NCBI RefSeq assembly: GCF_019464535.1
Contig: NZ_CP080507.1
Span: 30,001 to 62,000, forward strand
DNA length: 32,000 bases
Direction: 5' to 3'
Source: Horticoccus luteus
Lineage (GTDB): Bacteria > Verrucomicrobiota > Verrucomicrobiia > Opitutales > Opitutaceae
In this document: positions 13,747 through 22,693 of the stretch, piece by piece
Layout: each line of letters opens with the position of its first letter
Numbering within the stretch: position 1 is the stretch's first letter
The notes under the pieces: generated by a model
The model's database searches: none
Told to the model about the DNA's origin: nothing
Seen by the model: the letters and a program-made list of their open reading frames with translations, nothing else
Position numbers and translations under genes: made by a program

Positions 13747-15321
13747 ATGAGTGGCGTGCGTCAGGCGGATCCGGCTTTTGCGGGCAGGGTGTTGTGGCTG
13801 GTCGCACTCGCAGCGGCCGCGTTGCTGCTGGGGCCGTTGTCGCGCGCATGGGCTTTGGCGCCCGATCTGGGGCACGGGTGGGCGGCGCCGATGTTGATCG
13901 CGTATTTGTGGTGGGAGCGCTGGCCGCAGCGGCCGGGCTTGAGGGCGGCGCGGGCGGTGGGTGCGGGGAGCTGGGTGGCGTTGGGAGTGTGCCTGATGGT
14001 GGCGTTGGCGCTGCGCTTGCTGCTCACGCCTTATCCGCTCTGGCCGGTGGCGGTGATTGTTTATACGGCGCTGTTGATCGGGCTGGCACTGGTGGCGGCG
14101 GCGCAGGTGGCGGGCGCGGCGGGCGTGCGCTGGCTGGGTGGGCCCTTGCTGGTGTTGATCGCGGTGTTGCCGTGGCCGGGGGCCGTGGAACGCGCGCTGA
14201 TTCTGCCGGTTCGCGAGGCGATCGCATCGCTCGTGGCGGAGATCAGCAACCTCGCGGGCCATCCGGCGTTGGCGGCGGGCACAAGTGTGCGGCTGGCTGG
14301 CGGGTGGGTGGGCATCGACGAGGCGTGTGGTGGCATTCGTTCGCTGCAAGCGGCGGTGATGACGGCGTTGTTTTTTGGCGAGTGGCTGCGTCTGCCGTGG
14401 CGGCGGCGGGTGGTATTGATCGCGGCGGGGGGGATGGCGGCAGTCGTGGGTAATTTCGGGCGCGTGCTCTTCCTGTCGTGGCGGGCCGAGAGTGGGGATT
14501 TGGCGCGCTGGCACGACGGCGCGGGCTGGGTCGCGTTGGGCTTTTCGCTCGTGGTGACGGGGTTGGTGGGCTGGCGGTGTCGCTCGCGTGCCGGGCGCAA
14601 GGCGGAGGCTGGGAAGCCGGGTGCGGCGACGATGAAGGCACAGCCTCCGGCGCCGGTCGTGAGCAAGAGTGTGCCGACGGGGATACTCATCTGGATGGTG
14701 ACGGCGGTGGTGGTGTTGGGCGGGATCGAGGCGGGCACGCGTGCCTGGTATGCGCGGGGCAAGGCGCGGTGGCGCACGACGGTGCCGCAATGGACGGTGC
14801 GTTTTCCGGAGGCGAATCCGACGTTGCGGCACGTGCCTTTAGGCGAGAGCGCGCGGGAGATGCTGCGGCCGGACGTGTTTGCATCGGCGTCGTGGCGCGA
14901 ACGCGATCAAGCGGAGCGCAGCGCAAATTATATCGTGTGGCGCACGGGTCAGGTGGCGCGCTCGGCGCCATTTTTGCATAACCCGACGATTTGCCTGCCT
15001 TACTCCGGTTGTGAGTTGGAAGAGGAATTGGGCGTGATCAACGTGTCGTGGGCGCACGGTGAAATCCCGTTTCATACGTATATTTTCCGGCGCATGGACG
15101 ATACTCTGCTGGTGGCGTTCGCGTTGTGGGATCCGGGGCGGGGCGGGCCGCTGCAAAGCCGCGGCGGGGGCTGGATGGGGTGGTGGCGCGACCAATGGCG
15201 CGATGTGCGGGAGGCCCGCCAGGATCAACCGGCGCAGCTTTTTTCCTACGCGATCGCCGGCCGCGGCGGTCGGGACAGGCTGGCCAAGGATTTGAGCGCA
15301 CTCATTCGGCCGGTGGAGTGA
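13747..15321 (+). CDS. Exosortase (EpsH/Xrt family) fused to a C-terminal EpsI-like domain
   Basis: Polytopic N-terminal half with 'DLGHGWAAPMLIAYLWW'. Catalytic-type motif 'IDEACGGIRS' (Cys194 at 14326-14328, Arg198) and 'WHDGAGWV'. A linker and one TM ('ILIWMVTAVVVLGG') follow. A soluble domain then carries 'FLHNPTICLPYSGCE', resembling the EpsI 'H.P..CLP..G' signature (His411, Cys416). Confidence 0.85.
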   Translation: MSGVRQADPAFAGRVLWLVALAAAALLLGPLSRAWALAPDLGHGWAAPMLIAYLWWERWPQRPGLRAARAVGAGSWVALGVCLMVALALRLLLTPYPLWPVAVIVYTALLIGLALVAAAQVAGAAGVRWLGGPLLVLIAVLPWPGAVERALILPVREAIASLVAEISNLAGHPALAAGTSVRLAGGWVGIDEACGGIRSLQAAVMTALFFGEWLRLPWRRRVVLIAAGGMAAVVGNFGRVLFLSWRAESGDLARWHDGAGWVALGFSLVVTGLVGWRCRSRAGRKAEAGKPGAATMKAQPPAPVVSKSVPTGILIWMVTAVVVLGGIEAGTRAWYARGKARWRTTVPQWTVRFPEANPTLRHVPLGESAREMLRPDVFASASWRERDQAERSANYIVWRTGQVARSAPFLHNPTICLPYSGCELEEELGVINVSWAHGEIPFHTYIFRRMDDTLLVAFALWDPGRGGPLQSRGGGWMGWWRDQWRDVREARQDQPAQLFSYAIAGRGGRDRLAKDLSALIRPVE

Positions 15322-15361
15322 TGCGCCGACGGGTGCGGATGGCGCTCCGCGCGAACGCGTT

Positions 15362-17014
15362 TCAGAGCGGCTCGGTGGGTGGAACGAAATTCCAACGGGT
15401 AGCGGAGAAGAGGCCGCGGTCGCTGAGTTTCAGATCGGGGATCACGAGGAGCGCCATGAAGGAGAGCGTCATGAAGGGAGCGTCGAGTTTTGAGCCGAGG
15501 CGTTTCGCGAGGTGATCGAGCGCGGTGTAGCGGCGCGCCACGGTGCGGCCGTCGCGGTCGGACATGAGCCCGGCGATCGGCAGCGGCAGCACGGCACGGC
15601 GCCCGCGGCCGACGACGCTGAGGCCGCCGCGGTGGGCGATGACGAGGTTGACGGCGGCGGCGAGCGAGGCGTCGTCCGCGCCGACCGCCACGATGTTGTG
15701 CGAGTCGTGGGCGACCGAGGAGGCGAGGGCGCCGGCGCGGAGGCCGAAGCCGCGGATGAAGCCGATCGCGAGGGGAGCGCGCGGCGTGTAGCGGTTGACG
15801 ACGGCGATTTTGAGGAGGTCGCGCGGGAGGTCGGTGACGGCGTGGCCGGCGACGACGCGGGCGGGTTCGCGGAGATGACGGGAGATGAGCTGGCCGTTAA
15901 TGGCTTCGATGATGTTCAACGTCGTGCCGGCGGCGGCGGGCACGGCGAAATCGGCGGCGGTGCGCGCGCGGGCGCGAAACTGATTCGGCGTCGCAGAGGG
16001 TTGGCGCGGGAGGCGCGAGCGGCCGGCGGCGGCGACGAGTTCGCCGCGCAGGTAAGTGCGGCGGACGCGGAACGAGCGCCAGTTGTCCACGACGATGAAG
16101 TCGGCGGGATCGCCGGCGCGCAACAGGCCGACGTCGAGGTCGTAGTGCTCGACGGGGTTGACGCTGGCGCAGCGGAGCACGTCGAAACGATCGGCGCCGG
16201 TGGCGAGCGCGCGGCGGACGTGTTCGTCGAGGTGGCGGCGGATGAGGAGGTCGGGGTGGAGATCGTCGCAGCAGAACATCACGCGGTCGGGGTGCGTGCG
16301 CAGGAGCGGCGCAAGGGCGGCGAAGTTGCGCGCGGCGGAGCCTTCGCGGATGAGGATCTTCATGCCGGCGGCGAGTTTGTCGTGGGCTTCTTCGAGGGTG
16401 AAACACTCGTGGTCGGTGGTCGGCCCGGCGGCGGCATAGGCGGCGGCTTGCGCGCCCCGCAGGCCGGGCGCGTGGCCGTCGATTTGTTTCCCGCGGGCGT
16501 GAGCGGCGGCGATCATCGCGCGGAGCGAAGGATCGCCGGCGAGGACGCCGGGGAAGTTCATCACCTCGGCGAGGTAGCGGATGTCGCGCCGCGCGAGGAG
16601 GCGGGAAACCGCAGCGGCATCGAGCGTGGCGCCGGCGGTTTCGAAGGTGGTGGCGGGCACGCACGAAGGCGCGCCGAAGTTGAACTTGAAGGGCGTGCGT
16701 TGCCCATCGCGGATCATGTAAACGACACCGCGCGGGCCGAGGACGTTGGCGATTTCGTGCGGGTCGGAGACGGTGGCGACGGTGCCGTGGACGACGGCGA
16801 GGCGCGCGAACTCGGCGGGTGGCAGGAGGGAGCTTTCGATGTGGATGTGCGCATCGACGAAGCCGGGGAGGATGAGGTGGCGTTCGCGAACGGCCGGGTC
16901 GGCAACGAGGCGCGTGATGCGGCCGGCGCGCCATTCGACGGTGCCGGGATAAGTGCGACGGGCGTGGACGTCGACGATCTGGCCGGAGAGGCGGCGCAGG
17001 GGCGATGCGGGCAT
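15362..17014 (-). CDS. ade: Adenine deaminase
   Basis: Amidohydrolase metal motif 'GFVDAHIHIESSLL', with 'GVVYMIRDGQ', 'GFIRGFGLRAGALASSVAHDSHNIVAVG' and 'PFMTLSFMALLVIPDLKLSDRGLF', all typical of Ade. An ATG at 17014 is preferred; the in-frame ATG at 17101 adds 29 atypical residues. Confidence 0.85.
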   Translation of the reverse strand: MPASPLRRLSGQIVDVHARRTYPGTVEWRAGRITRLVADPAVRERHLILPGFVDAHIHIESSLLPPAEFARLAVVHGTVATVSDPHEIANVLGPRGVVYMIRDGQRTPFKFNFGAPSCVPATTFETAGATLDAAAVSRLLARRDIRYLAEVMNFPGVLAGDPSLRAMIAAAHARGKQIDGHAPGLRGAQAAAYAAAGPTTDHECFTLEEAHDKLAAGMKILIREGSAARNFAALAPLLRTHPDRVMFCCDDLHPDLLIRRHLDEHVRRALATGADRFDVLRCASVNPVEHYDLDVGLLRAGDPADFIVVDNWRSFRVRRTYLRGELVAAAGRSRLPRQPSATPNQFRARARTAADFAVPAAAGTTLNIIEAINGQLISRHLREPARVVAGHAVTDLPRDLLKIAVVNRYTPRAPLAIGFIRGFGLRAGALASSVAHDSHNIVAVGADDASLAAAVNLVIAHRGGLSVVGRGRRAVLPLPIAGLMSDRDGRTVARRYTALDHLAKRLGSKLDAPFMTLSFMALLVIPDLKLSDRGLFSATRWNFVPPTEPL

Positions 17015-17347
17015 GCGCGGGTTATGAGCGAGACGCGGCGGTTGGCAACGCTGGGTGGCGACGAGCGCGACGCGCCAAACGGGATCGAACGTGACGAGCA
17101 TTTGTCACGGAGGGGACGGAACTCGGACACAGAGGCGGAGGGAGAGCGCGAGGATTTGGGCGGGGTGGACGGCGGATCGATGGGAAAGGACCGAGGTGCG
17201 AACGAAGCGAACTTTGTTTGGCTGGCACGGTTGCGAGACGATGATTTTTGCTGGCCGGAGATTCGTTCGCGGAAAGAACGGCGTTGCCGCGCGCCGCGGA
17301 GTGACTTCGGGCTGGATGCGGGCGAGAGGCGGGCTAGGTTGCGCGGC

Positions 17348-18409
17348 ATGGTTGCGGTCCGGCTATTTTGCGTGGTGTTGGCCCTCGGCGTGAGCGCTGC
17401 GGCGACGACGTGGGCGGGAGAGTCCATCTCGCGGGCGACGCCGCAACGACCGGCGCGGGCGGCGGCCGGCGGGGCGGTGGCGTGGCAAATCGCCGGCAAG
17501 ACGTTGAATGGAGTCGATTACGTGGACCTGGCGTCGGTGGCGGAAGCGCTGGGGCTCAAGTGGGCGTGGAATGCGGCGGGCTCGCGCGTGGTGCTGTCGG
17601 GCGAGGGCGCGGAGGCGGAGCTCGCGCCGAACGCGCGCGAAACCGTGATCAACGGGATGCGCGTTTTTCTGGGGCAACCGGTGTTGAGCGGCCATGGGAA
17701 ATTATTTGTGAGCCGGACGGACTTCGAAAAAAACCTGGCGCCGTTGCTGCGTCCGGGTGCGGGCGTGGCGCGGCTGGCGCGGCCGCGGGTGATCGTGCTT
17801 GATCCGGGGCATGGCGGGCGCGACCACGGCACGAGCACTTATGAGAAAACCTATGCGCTCGACGTGGCGCGGCGGGCGAAACCGTTGCTCGAAGCGGCGG
17901 GGTTTCGCGTGGTGCTGACGCGCACGGAGGATGCTTTTGTGAGTCTGCCGGAGCGCGCGGTCATCGCCAACACGAGTCACGCGGATGTGTTTGTAAGCAT
18001 CCATTTCAACGCGCTGCCGAAGGACACGAAGACATCGGGCTTGGAAATTTTCACGTTTGCACCGGTGGGCCAGCGTTCGACGGATTCGTGGAGTCCGGGC
18101 AAGGCGGATGATCGGGAGGATGAGGCCTCGCCGGGCAACCGTTGCGACTACTGGAACAGCGTGCTGGCGCATGCGCTGCAGAACCGGATGAGCAAGGATT
18201 TGAAGACCTTCGATCGCGGAAAAAAACAGGCGCACTGGAGTGTCCTGCGGCCGCTGCATTGCCCGGGAGTGCTGGTGGAGTGCGGGTTTCTCACGAGTGC
18301 GACCGAGGCGAAAAAGATCGGCACGGAGGCCTATCGGCAACGGCTCGCCGAGACCTTGGTGGCGGGCTTGGTGGATTACGCGGCGACCGTTGCGCCGGCG
18401 CGGCGGTGA
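17348..18409 (+). CDS. N-acetylmuramoyl-L-alanine amidase (Amidase_3) with an N-terminal targeting domain
   Basis: The ATG at 17348 gives signal peptide 'MVAVRLFCVVLALGVSAAATTWA'. Catalytic-domain motifs are 'VIVLDPGHGGRDHGT', 'DVFVSIHFNA' and 'PGVLVECGFLT'. The 965-aa track ORF (15512-18409) is real only in this 3' portion; the rest is antisense to ade. Confidence 0.85.
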   Translation: MVAVRLFCVVLALGVSAAATTWAGESISRATPQRPARAAAGGAVAWQIAGKTLNGVDYVDLASVAEALGLKWAWNAAGSRVVLSGEGAEAELAPNARETVINGMRVFLGQPVLSGHGKLFVSRTDFEKNLAPLLRPGAGVARLARPRVIVLDPGHGGRDHGTSTYEKTYALDVARRAKPLLEAAGFRVVLTRTEDAFVSLPERAVIANTSHADVFVSIHFNALPKDTKTSGLEIFTFAPVGQRSTDSWSPGKADDREDEASPGNRCDYWNSVLAHALQNRMSKDLKTFDRGKKQAHWSVLRPLHCPGVLVECGFLTSATEAKKIGTEAYRQRLAETLVAGLVDYAATVAPARR

Positions 18410-18600
18410 GAGGGAGGCGGTCGCGGGGCGTTGAGGGATGCGGGCGACGATGGATGGAGCGCAGGGGTGGGCACACGCGGGACGCGCGTTGATGAAGCGC
18501 GCAGACGCATTCTGAACTGGATCAGGTGGATCGTGCGCTCCGCGCGCGGTGGCTGGTCGAGCGATGCGGTGCGTGAGCCGCGCGGCGGAGCACACGGCCC

Positions 18601-18648
18601 ACCCACCAGTCAGTCCACCCAGCAGTCTGTCCGCCCGTCAGTCTGTCC
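18601..18648. repeat. Imperfect tandem repeat, 3 x 16 bp
   Basis: acccaccagtcagtcc / acccagcagtctgtcc / gcccgtcagtctgtcc, in the 368-bp intergenic region upstream of the PhyH-family gene. Confidence 0.75.
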
Positions 18649-18777
18649 ACGCACCGCGATCGCGGACGACGCGTACAAGTTTCCCCGGGGCGATGCGTTC
18701 GGACTCGCGCGCGGTCAGATTCGCCGGGGCGCCAATGCGATTTCCAATTTGCCGCCGCTCTGCTACGGTGGCGGGCA

Positions 18778-19704
18778 ATGAACCCCCGTGCGCCGAACAT
18801 TTACCCCGTGTTGCCTGAGCGTCCCGACGCCGCGATGATCGAGCGTTATCGCGAGGACGGTTATCTGGCGTTTGCGTCGGCGCTGACGGCGGAGGAGGTG
18901 GCGGAGGCGTCGGACGGCATCAACCAGCTCGTGCGCAAATACGCGTTTAACGATGCATTGACGGAGCACGTGGGCGGCGGCGATCGCGAGGGGAGTTATG
19001 GGAAGGCGATCAAGAACGGGCGGGGGATGTTGTTCAAAAGCCGCACGTCGGATTTCCATTTTCAGGTCGAGGGTGGTTACGAGGCGCGGGCGGACCGGTT
19101 GGACGAGCTGGCGGATAACATCCGGAAGTTTCAGTCCTACGACATGGAGCTGCCGATCTACGATTATCTGGCGCACCGGCACCCGAAGTTGCGCGCGCTG
19201 CTGGGGGCGGTGCTGGGCGAGGACTACGCGGCGTATTCGAGCATGGCGTTGTGCAAGCCGGCGGGCGGCGGGGCGGAAAAGCCGTGGCATCAGGATTTGG
19301 CGTATTTTGCGGTGAACCGGTTCGACGGAGTGGCGGGCGTGTGGATCGCGCTCGACCGGGCGATCGTGGCGAACGGTTGCATGCACGTGATCCCGGGCGG
19401 ACATCGGCGCGGGCCGCGGAAGCACGAGTGGAGTCGCGTGGACTGCGAAATCACGACGGCGGAGATCGATCCGGCCGAGGCGGTCGCGATCGAGCTGCCG
19501 CCGGGTGGGGTGCTGCTCTTCGACGGCCTGCTGCCGCACGAGACGCCGGCGAATCAATCGCCGCTCCGCCGCCGCGCGCTGCAATTTCACTACCGGAGTG
19601 CGGCGACGCAGGTCGTGCCGCGCGAAGAATACCAAAAGAAGTTCACCGGCCCGGAGGGGATTTTCATCGGCTGCGATTACTCGAAGCTGGCGACGAAGGA
19701 GTAA
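18778..19704 (+). CDS. Phytanoyl-CoA dioxygenase (PhyH) family Fe(II)/2-oxoglutarate oxygenase
   Basis: 'EKPWHQDLAYF' (HxD facial-triad region), a distal His in 'LFDGLLPHETPAN', and 'RRALQFHY'. Confidence 0.75.
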   Translation: MNPRAPNIYPVLPERPDAAMIERYREDGYLAFASALTAEEVAEASDGINQLVRKYAFNDALTEHVGGGDREGSYGKAIKNGRGMLFKSRTSDFHFQVEGGYEARADRLDELADNIRKFQSYDMELPIYDYLAHRHPKLRALLGAVLGEDYAAYSSMALCKPAGGGAEKPWHQDLAYFAVNRFDGVAGVWIALDRAIVANGCMHVIPGGHRRGPRKHEWSRVDCEITTAEIDPAEAVAIELPPGGVLLFDGLLPHETPANQSPLRRRALQFHYRSAATQVVPREEYQKKFTGPEGIFIGCDYSKLATKE

Positions 19705-19726
19705 GGCCGCCGGCGGGCGGGAAGGC

Positions 19727-20560
19727 TCACTCGCGGCGAGAGGCGGCGGCGGTCGCGGACTCGAGGGCGCGTTCGCAGCGGCTGCGTTTGCCGCAGCCGA
19801 GGCACCACGGACGAAACTCCAGCGGCTCCGACAGGCGGGCGATATCCACTTCGCGCGCGGCGAGCAAGGGGCGCAGTTGCACTTCGCGTTGGTCGCGGAA
19901 GCCGCAGGCGATTTTATCGCCGTTGGTCGGATTGGAAAAAGTGCCCCACAGTTTATCCCACACCGGCAGATCGGAATAGTTTTTGGCGTGGCGATCGCGC
20001 TGATGGTGAATGCGGTGCGACTCGGGGCGTTGGAAAAAATGACCGATCCAGCGCGGCGTGTGGATATTCCAATGATAAAACATTTCTCCGACGGCGATGA
20101 GCAGCGTGTAGTAAGCGCCTTGGACGGTCGAGCAGCCCATCAACGGGTAAACGATCAACGCGCTGAGGATCGAATTTACGAGAATCTCGAACGGGTGTTT
20201 ATAGAACGAGGTGAGGATTTCGAGGCGGGCGGCCGAATGGTGGATTTGATGGGCGAACCGCCACCAGAAAGGCGACTCGTGGCGAATACGGTGCCACCAA
20301 TAGAAAACGAGCGTGGAAAAAAGATATGCACAAAGCGCGGCTATCCAGTCGGGCCAGCGGGTGGCGTGCAGCAGCGAGAAGCCTTGAAGCCAGTGGTTCC
20401 ATGTGCGTCCGGCGACGATCACGACGGCGATCTGGCCGAGGTTGAGCGCGACAGCCCGCCAGAGCCAGCCTGGCACTTTGGGCAATCGCGTGCCAGGCAC
20501 CACTCGCTCCACCACCATCATTGCAAGCCCGGCGAGGCAGGAGATTAGCAGGGTATCCAT
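19727..20560 (-). CDS. Fatty acid hydroxylase / sterol desaturase superfamily membrane protein
   Basis: Three His boxes, 'WWHRIRHE', 'HQIHHS' and 'HRIHHQRDRH', plus a hydrophobic N-terminal half. The C-terminal tail carries 'CLGCGKRSRC'. Confidence 0.8.
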   Translation of the reverse strand: MDTLLISCLAGLAMMVVERVVPGTRLPKVPGWLWRAVALNLGQIAVVIVAGRTWNHWLQGFSLLHATRWPDWIAALCAYLFSTLVFYWWHRIRHESPFWWRFAHQIHHSAARLEILTSFYKHPFEILVNSILSALIVYPLMGCSTVQGAYYTLLIAVGEMFYHWNIHTPRWIGHFFQRPESHRIHHQRDRHAKNYSDLPVWDKLWGTFSNPTNGDKIACGFRDQREVQLRPLLAAREVDIARLSEPLEFRPWCLGCGKRSRCERALESATAAASRRE

Positions 20561-20666
20561 CTCTTTGGAGCGGTGTGAGGAAATGCGTAACGAACGTCAA
20601 GTAGACCGCTGTCTTGCTGCTGACGGATTGCCGAAGGGCAGAGGCGAGAGGGGAATGAAACGATTA

Positions 20667-21173
20667 TCAATGGCCGAGTTCGCGGTCGATGGCGGCGATG
20701 AGTTGGGCGAACTCGGCGGGTTCGTAGCCGATGGTGGCGAATTTTACCTGGCCGTCGCGGCCGATGAGATAGCAGCGGGGAATATACTCGGTCGCATACT
20801 TTGCGTAGATGGAGCGATCGGGGTCCGCGAGGAACTCGAAGGTGAGATGGTTCGCCTTTTTATAGGCGGCGACTTCGGCGACGGAATGCTCGCGGCCAAT
20901 GGCGAACATCACGAGGCCGCGACTTTGAAAGGGCGCCCAGACTTGCGACTCGAGGGCGGGCATTTCCGTTTTGCAGGGTGGGCACCACGTCGCGAAGAAA
21001 TTCAGCAACACCACCTGGCCCTTGCTGCCGGCGAGGTCGACGTGGCTGCCTTGCGCGGTGGTGGCGGTGAAGGTCGGCGCGATCTGGCCGAGTTTCACGA
21101 TGTCGCCTTCGGCGGCGCGGGTGAGAGCGGGCAGCAAGGCAATAAGCAGAGCGACGAATGCAGAGAGGCGCAT
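20667..21173 (-). CDS. TlpA/ResA-like periplasmic thiol-disulfide oxidoreductase (redoxin)
   Basis: Signal peptide 'MRLSAFVALLIALLPALTRA' and the thioredoxin-fold active site 'FFATWCPPCKTEMP'. Confidence 0.85.
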   Translation of the reverse strand: MRLSAFVALLIALLPALTRAAEGDIVKLGQIAPTFTATTAQGSHVDLAGSKGQVVLLNFFATWCPPCKTEMPALESQVWAPFQSRGLVMFAIGREHSVAEVAAYKKANHLTFEFLADPDRSIYAKYATEYIPRCYLIGRDGQVKFATIGYEPAEFAQLIAAIDRELGH

Positions 21174-21250
21174 GGTGGGTGGGGAGTTGAAAGGCGTGGG
21201 CGGCGCAGGAGGGTTTTGTTTTTGCGAGAGGCGGACAGGCGGCAGGCGTT

Positions 21251-22693
21251 TTATAAACCGAGCGCGGCGGCGGCGTCGGTGACGAGTGGATCGGGAGAAA
21301 GAGGGACGCGGGGGACCGGGACGCCGAGGCGATTTTCGCGGGCGGTGAGGGTGAGCCAGGCGAGGGACGCGAGGGGTGTCGCGGCGGCGACGAGTGGCGC
21401 GCGGTTGGCGGCGGGCGCGTCGGTGGCGGGAATGTTATCGCGGGCGAGCAATCCCTTGTCGGCGAGAAACGCGGCGAGGGAAGCGTCGTGCAGTTCGAGC
21501 CAGGGTTGGGCGGCGGGGGGCGGCGTGTAAGCGAGCGCGCGGGTGTCGGCGGACCATTCCATGAAGGCGCGGATGGTTTCGTGGAGTTGGGCGAGTTCGG
21601 CGTCGGCGGTGGCGGGCGTCCAGCGGGCGACGAATTGTTTACGTTCGCGGAATTTCTTCACCTCCCACACGCGCAGGCTGAGTTCGTAATCGCCCGCGAC
21701 GGCGCGCACGGCGCCGGTGACGACGTAGTCGAGGGGTTCGCTGTGCGTGTCGATGAGCTGGCGGAGGTTGTCGGAGCTCCATTCGGCGGGGAATTCGGCG
21801 AGGCGGCGGCCGCGCGAGGGGTCGTTGAGCGTGCCGACGATGGCGATGGGCGCGTAGTGGGGCGAAAAATAAAATGTTTCGGCGAGCCACGTGGGCACGG
21901 CGCGGGCGAGGCGGGCGACGTCGGCGGGGGCGTCGTTTTCGCCGGCGGCAGGCAGCGCGGCGAGTTGGGCGAAGGCGATGCGGCGAAGGCGGCCTTCCTT
22001 GGGCGGGAGGATGCGCGGCGCGAGGGCTTCGAGGCCGTAGAACCAGATGGGTTTGCTGAGCGTGACGAGGTCGATTTTGGCCGGTTCGGCGGGTGAGGGA
22101 GTTTCGGTTTCGTCGGCGGTCTCGGCTGCGGATGCATCGTCAGCGGGCGAGGAGGGCGGCGCGGGTGGTGCGCCGGCGAGGGGCGATTGGCGGGAGAGGA
22201 GCAGCTCCGCGATGGCGTTGGAAAAACCGTGGAGGCGATCCTCGAGTTCAGGACGGTTGAGCGCGAAAAGGAGATCGAGGACGTGCTGGGCGGCGTCGGG
22301 TTCGCGGAGGGCGAGATAGGCTTGCACGAGATTGACGCCCGTGGCGGGCCCGTGACGGTGCGCATCGTAACGCGGCGCCACGAGGTCGATGATTTCACGG
22401 AGGTAGCCGTTGACGCCGAGGTCGCCGGAAATCGTGACGAGAACGTCGGCGCGATCGCCCGCTTCGGCGAGCACCTGTTCGTAAAGCGCGAGGGCGGCGG
22501 GAAGATCGCGGGCTTCGAGTTTTTCGCGCGCGGCGAGGAGCAGGGGCTTGACGCCACCGGATGTGGCGGGCGACGCGGGGGCGGCGGGTTGAGCGGATGG
22601 CGCAGTGTCCGGGGCGAGGGGCGAGGGCGGCGACGGAGGCAGAGTGGCGTCGGTGCGAGCGGGTTGGGCGCGAAAGCGGTCGAAAAATCCCAT
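21251..22693 (-). CDS. Hypothetical protein (Pro/Ala-rich linkers, TPR-like helical N-terminal region, unknown C-terminal domain)
   Basis: Long ORF with sensible composition. An ATG at 22693 ('MGFFDRFRAQ') is preferred over the track start at 22798, which adds an Arg-rich leader. No motif I can name. Confidence 0.55.
   Translation of the reverse strand: MGFFDRFRAQPARTDATLPPSPPSPLAPDTAPSAQPAAPASPATSGGVKPLLLAAREKLEARDLPAALALYEQVLAEAGDRADVLVTISGDLGVNGYLREIIDLVAPRYDAHRHGPATGVNLVQAYLALREPDAAQHVLDLLFALNRPELEDRLHGFSNAIAELLLSRQSPLAGAPPAPPSSPADDASAAETADETETPSPAEPAKIDLVTLSKPIWFYGLEALAPRILPPKEGRLRRIAFAQLAALPAAGENDAPADVARLARAVPTWLAETFYFSPHYAPIAIVGTLNDPSRGRRLAEFPAEWSSDNLRQLIDTHSEPLDYVVTGAVRAVAGDYELSLRVWEVKKFRERKQFVARWTPATADAELAQLHETIRAFMEWSADTRALAYTPPPAAQPWLELHDASLAAFLADKGLLARDNIPATDAPAANRAPLVAAATPLASLAWLTLTARENRLGVPVPRVPLSPDPLVTDAAAALGL

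Noticed and set aside
13686-14453. 255-aa Gly-rich plus-strand ORF and other alternative-frame ORFs across the exosortase gene
   Set aside because: It is an alternative frame of the exosortase gene, which has clear family motifs and a coherent TM pattern. The Gly/Arg-rich translation has no features of a real protein.
15512-17347. 5' two-thirds of the 965-aa plus-strand ORF (15512-18409)
   Set aside because: It runs antisense to the well-supported adenine deaminase gene and has Gly/Ala/Arg/Glu-rich, motif-free composition, typical of GC-driven shadow ORFs. Only the part from the ATG at 17348 (signal peptide plus Amidase_3 motifs) looks real.
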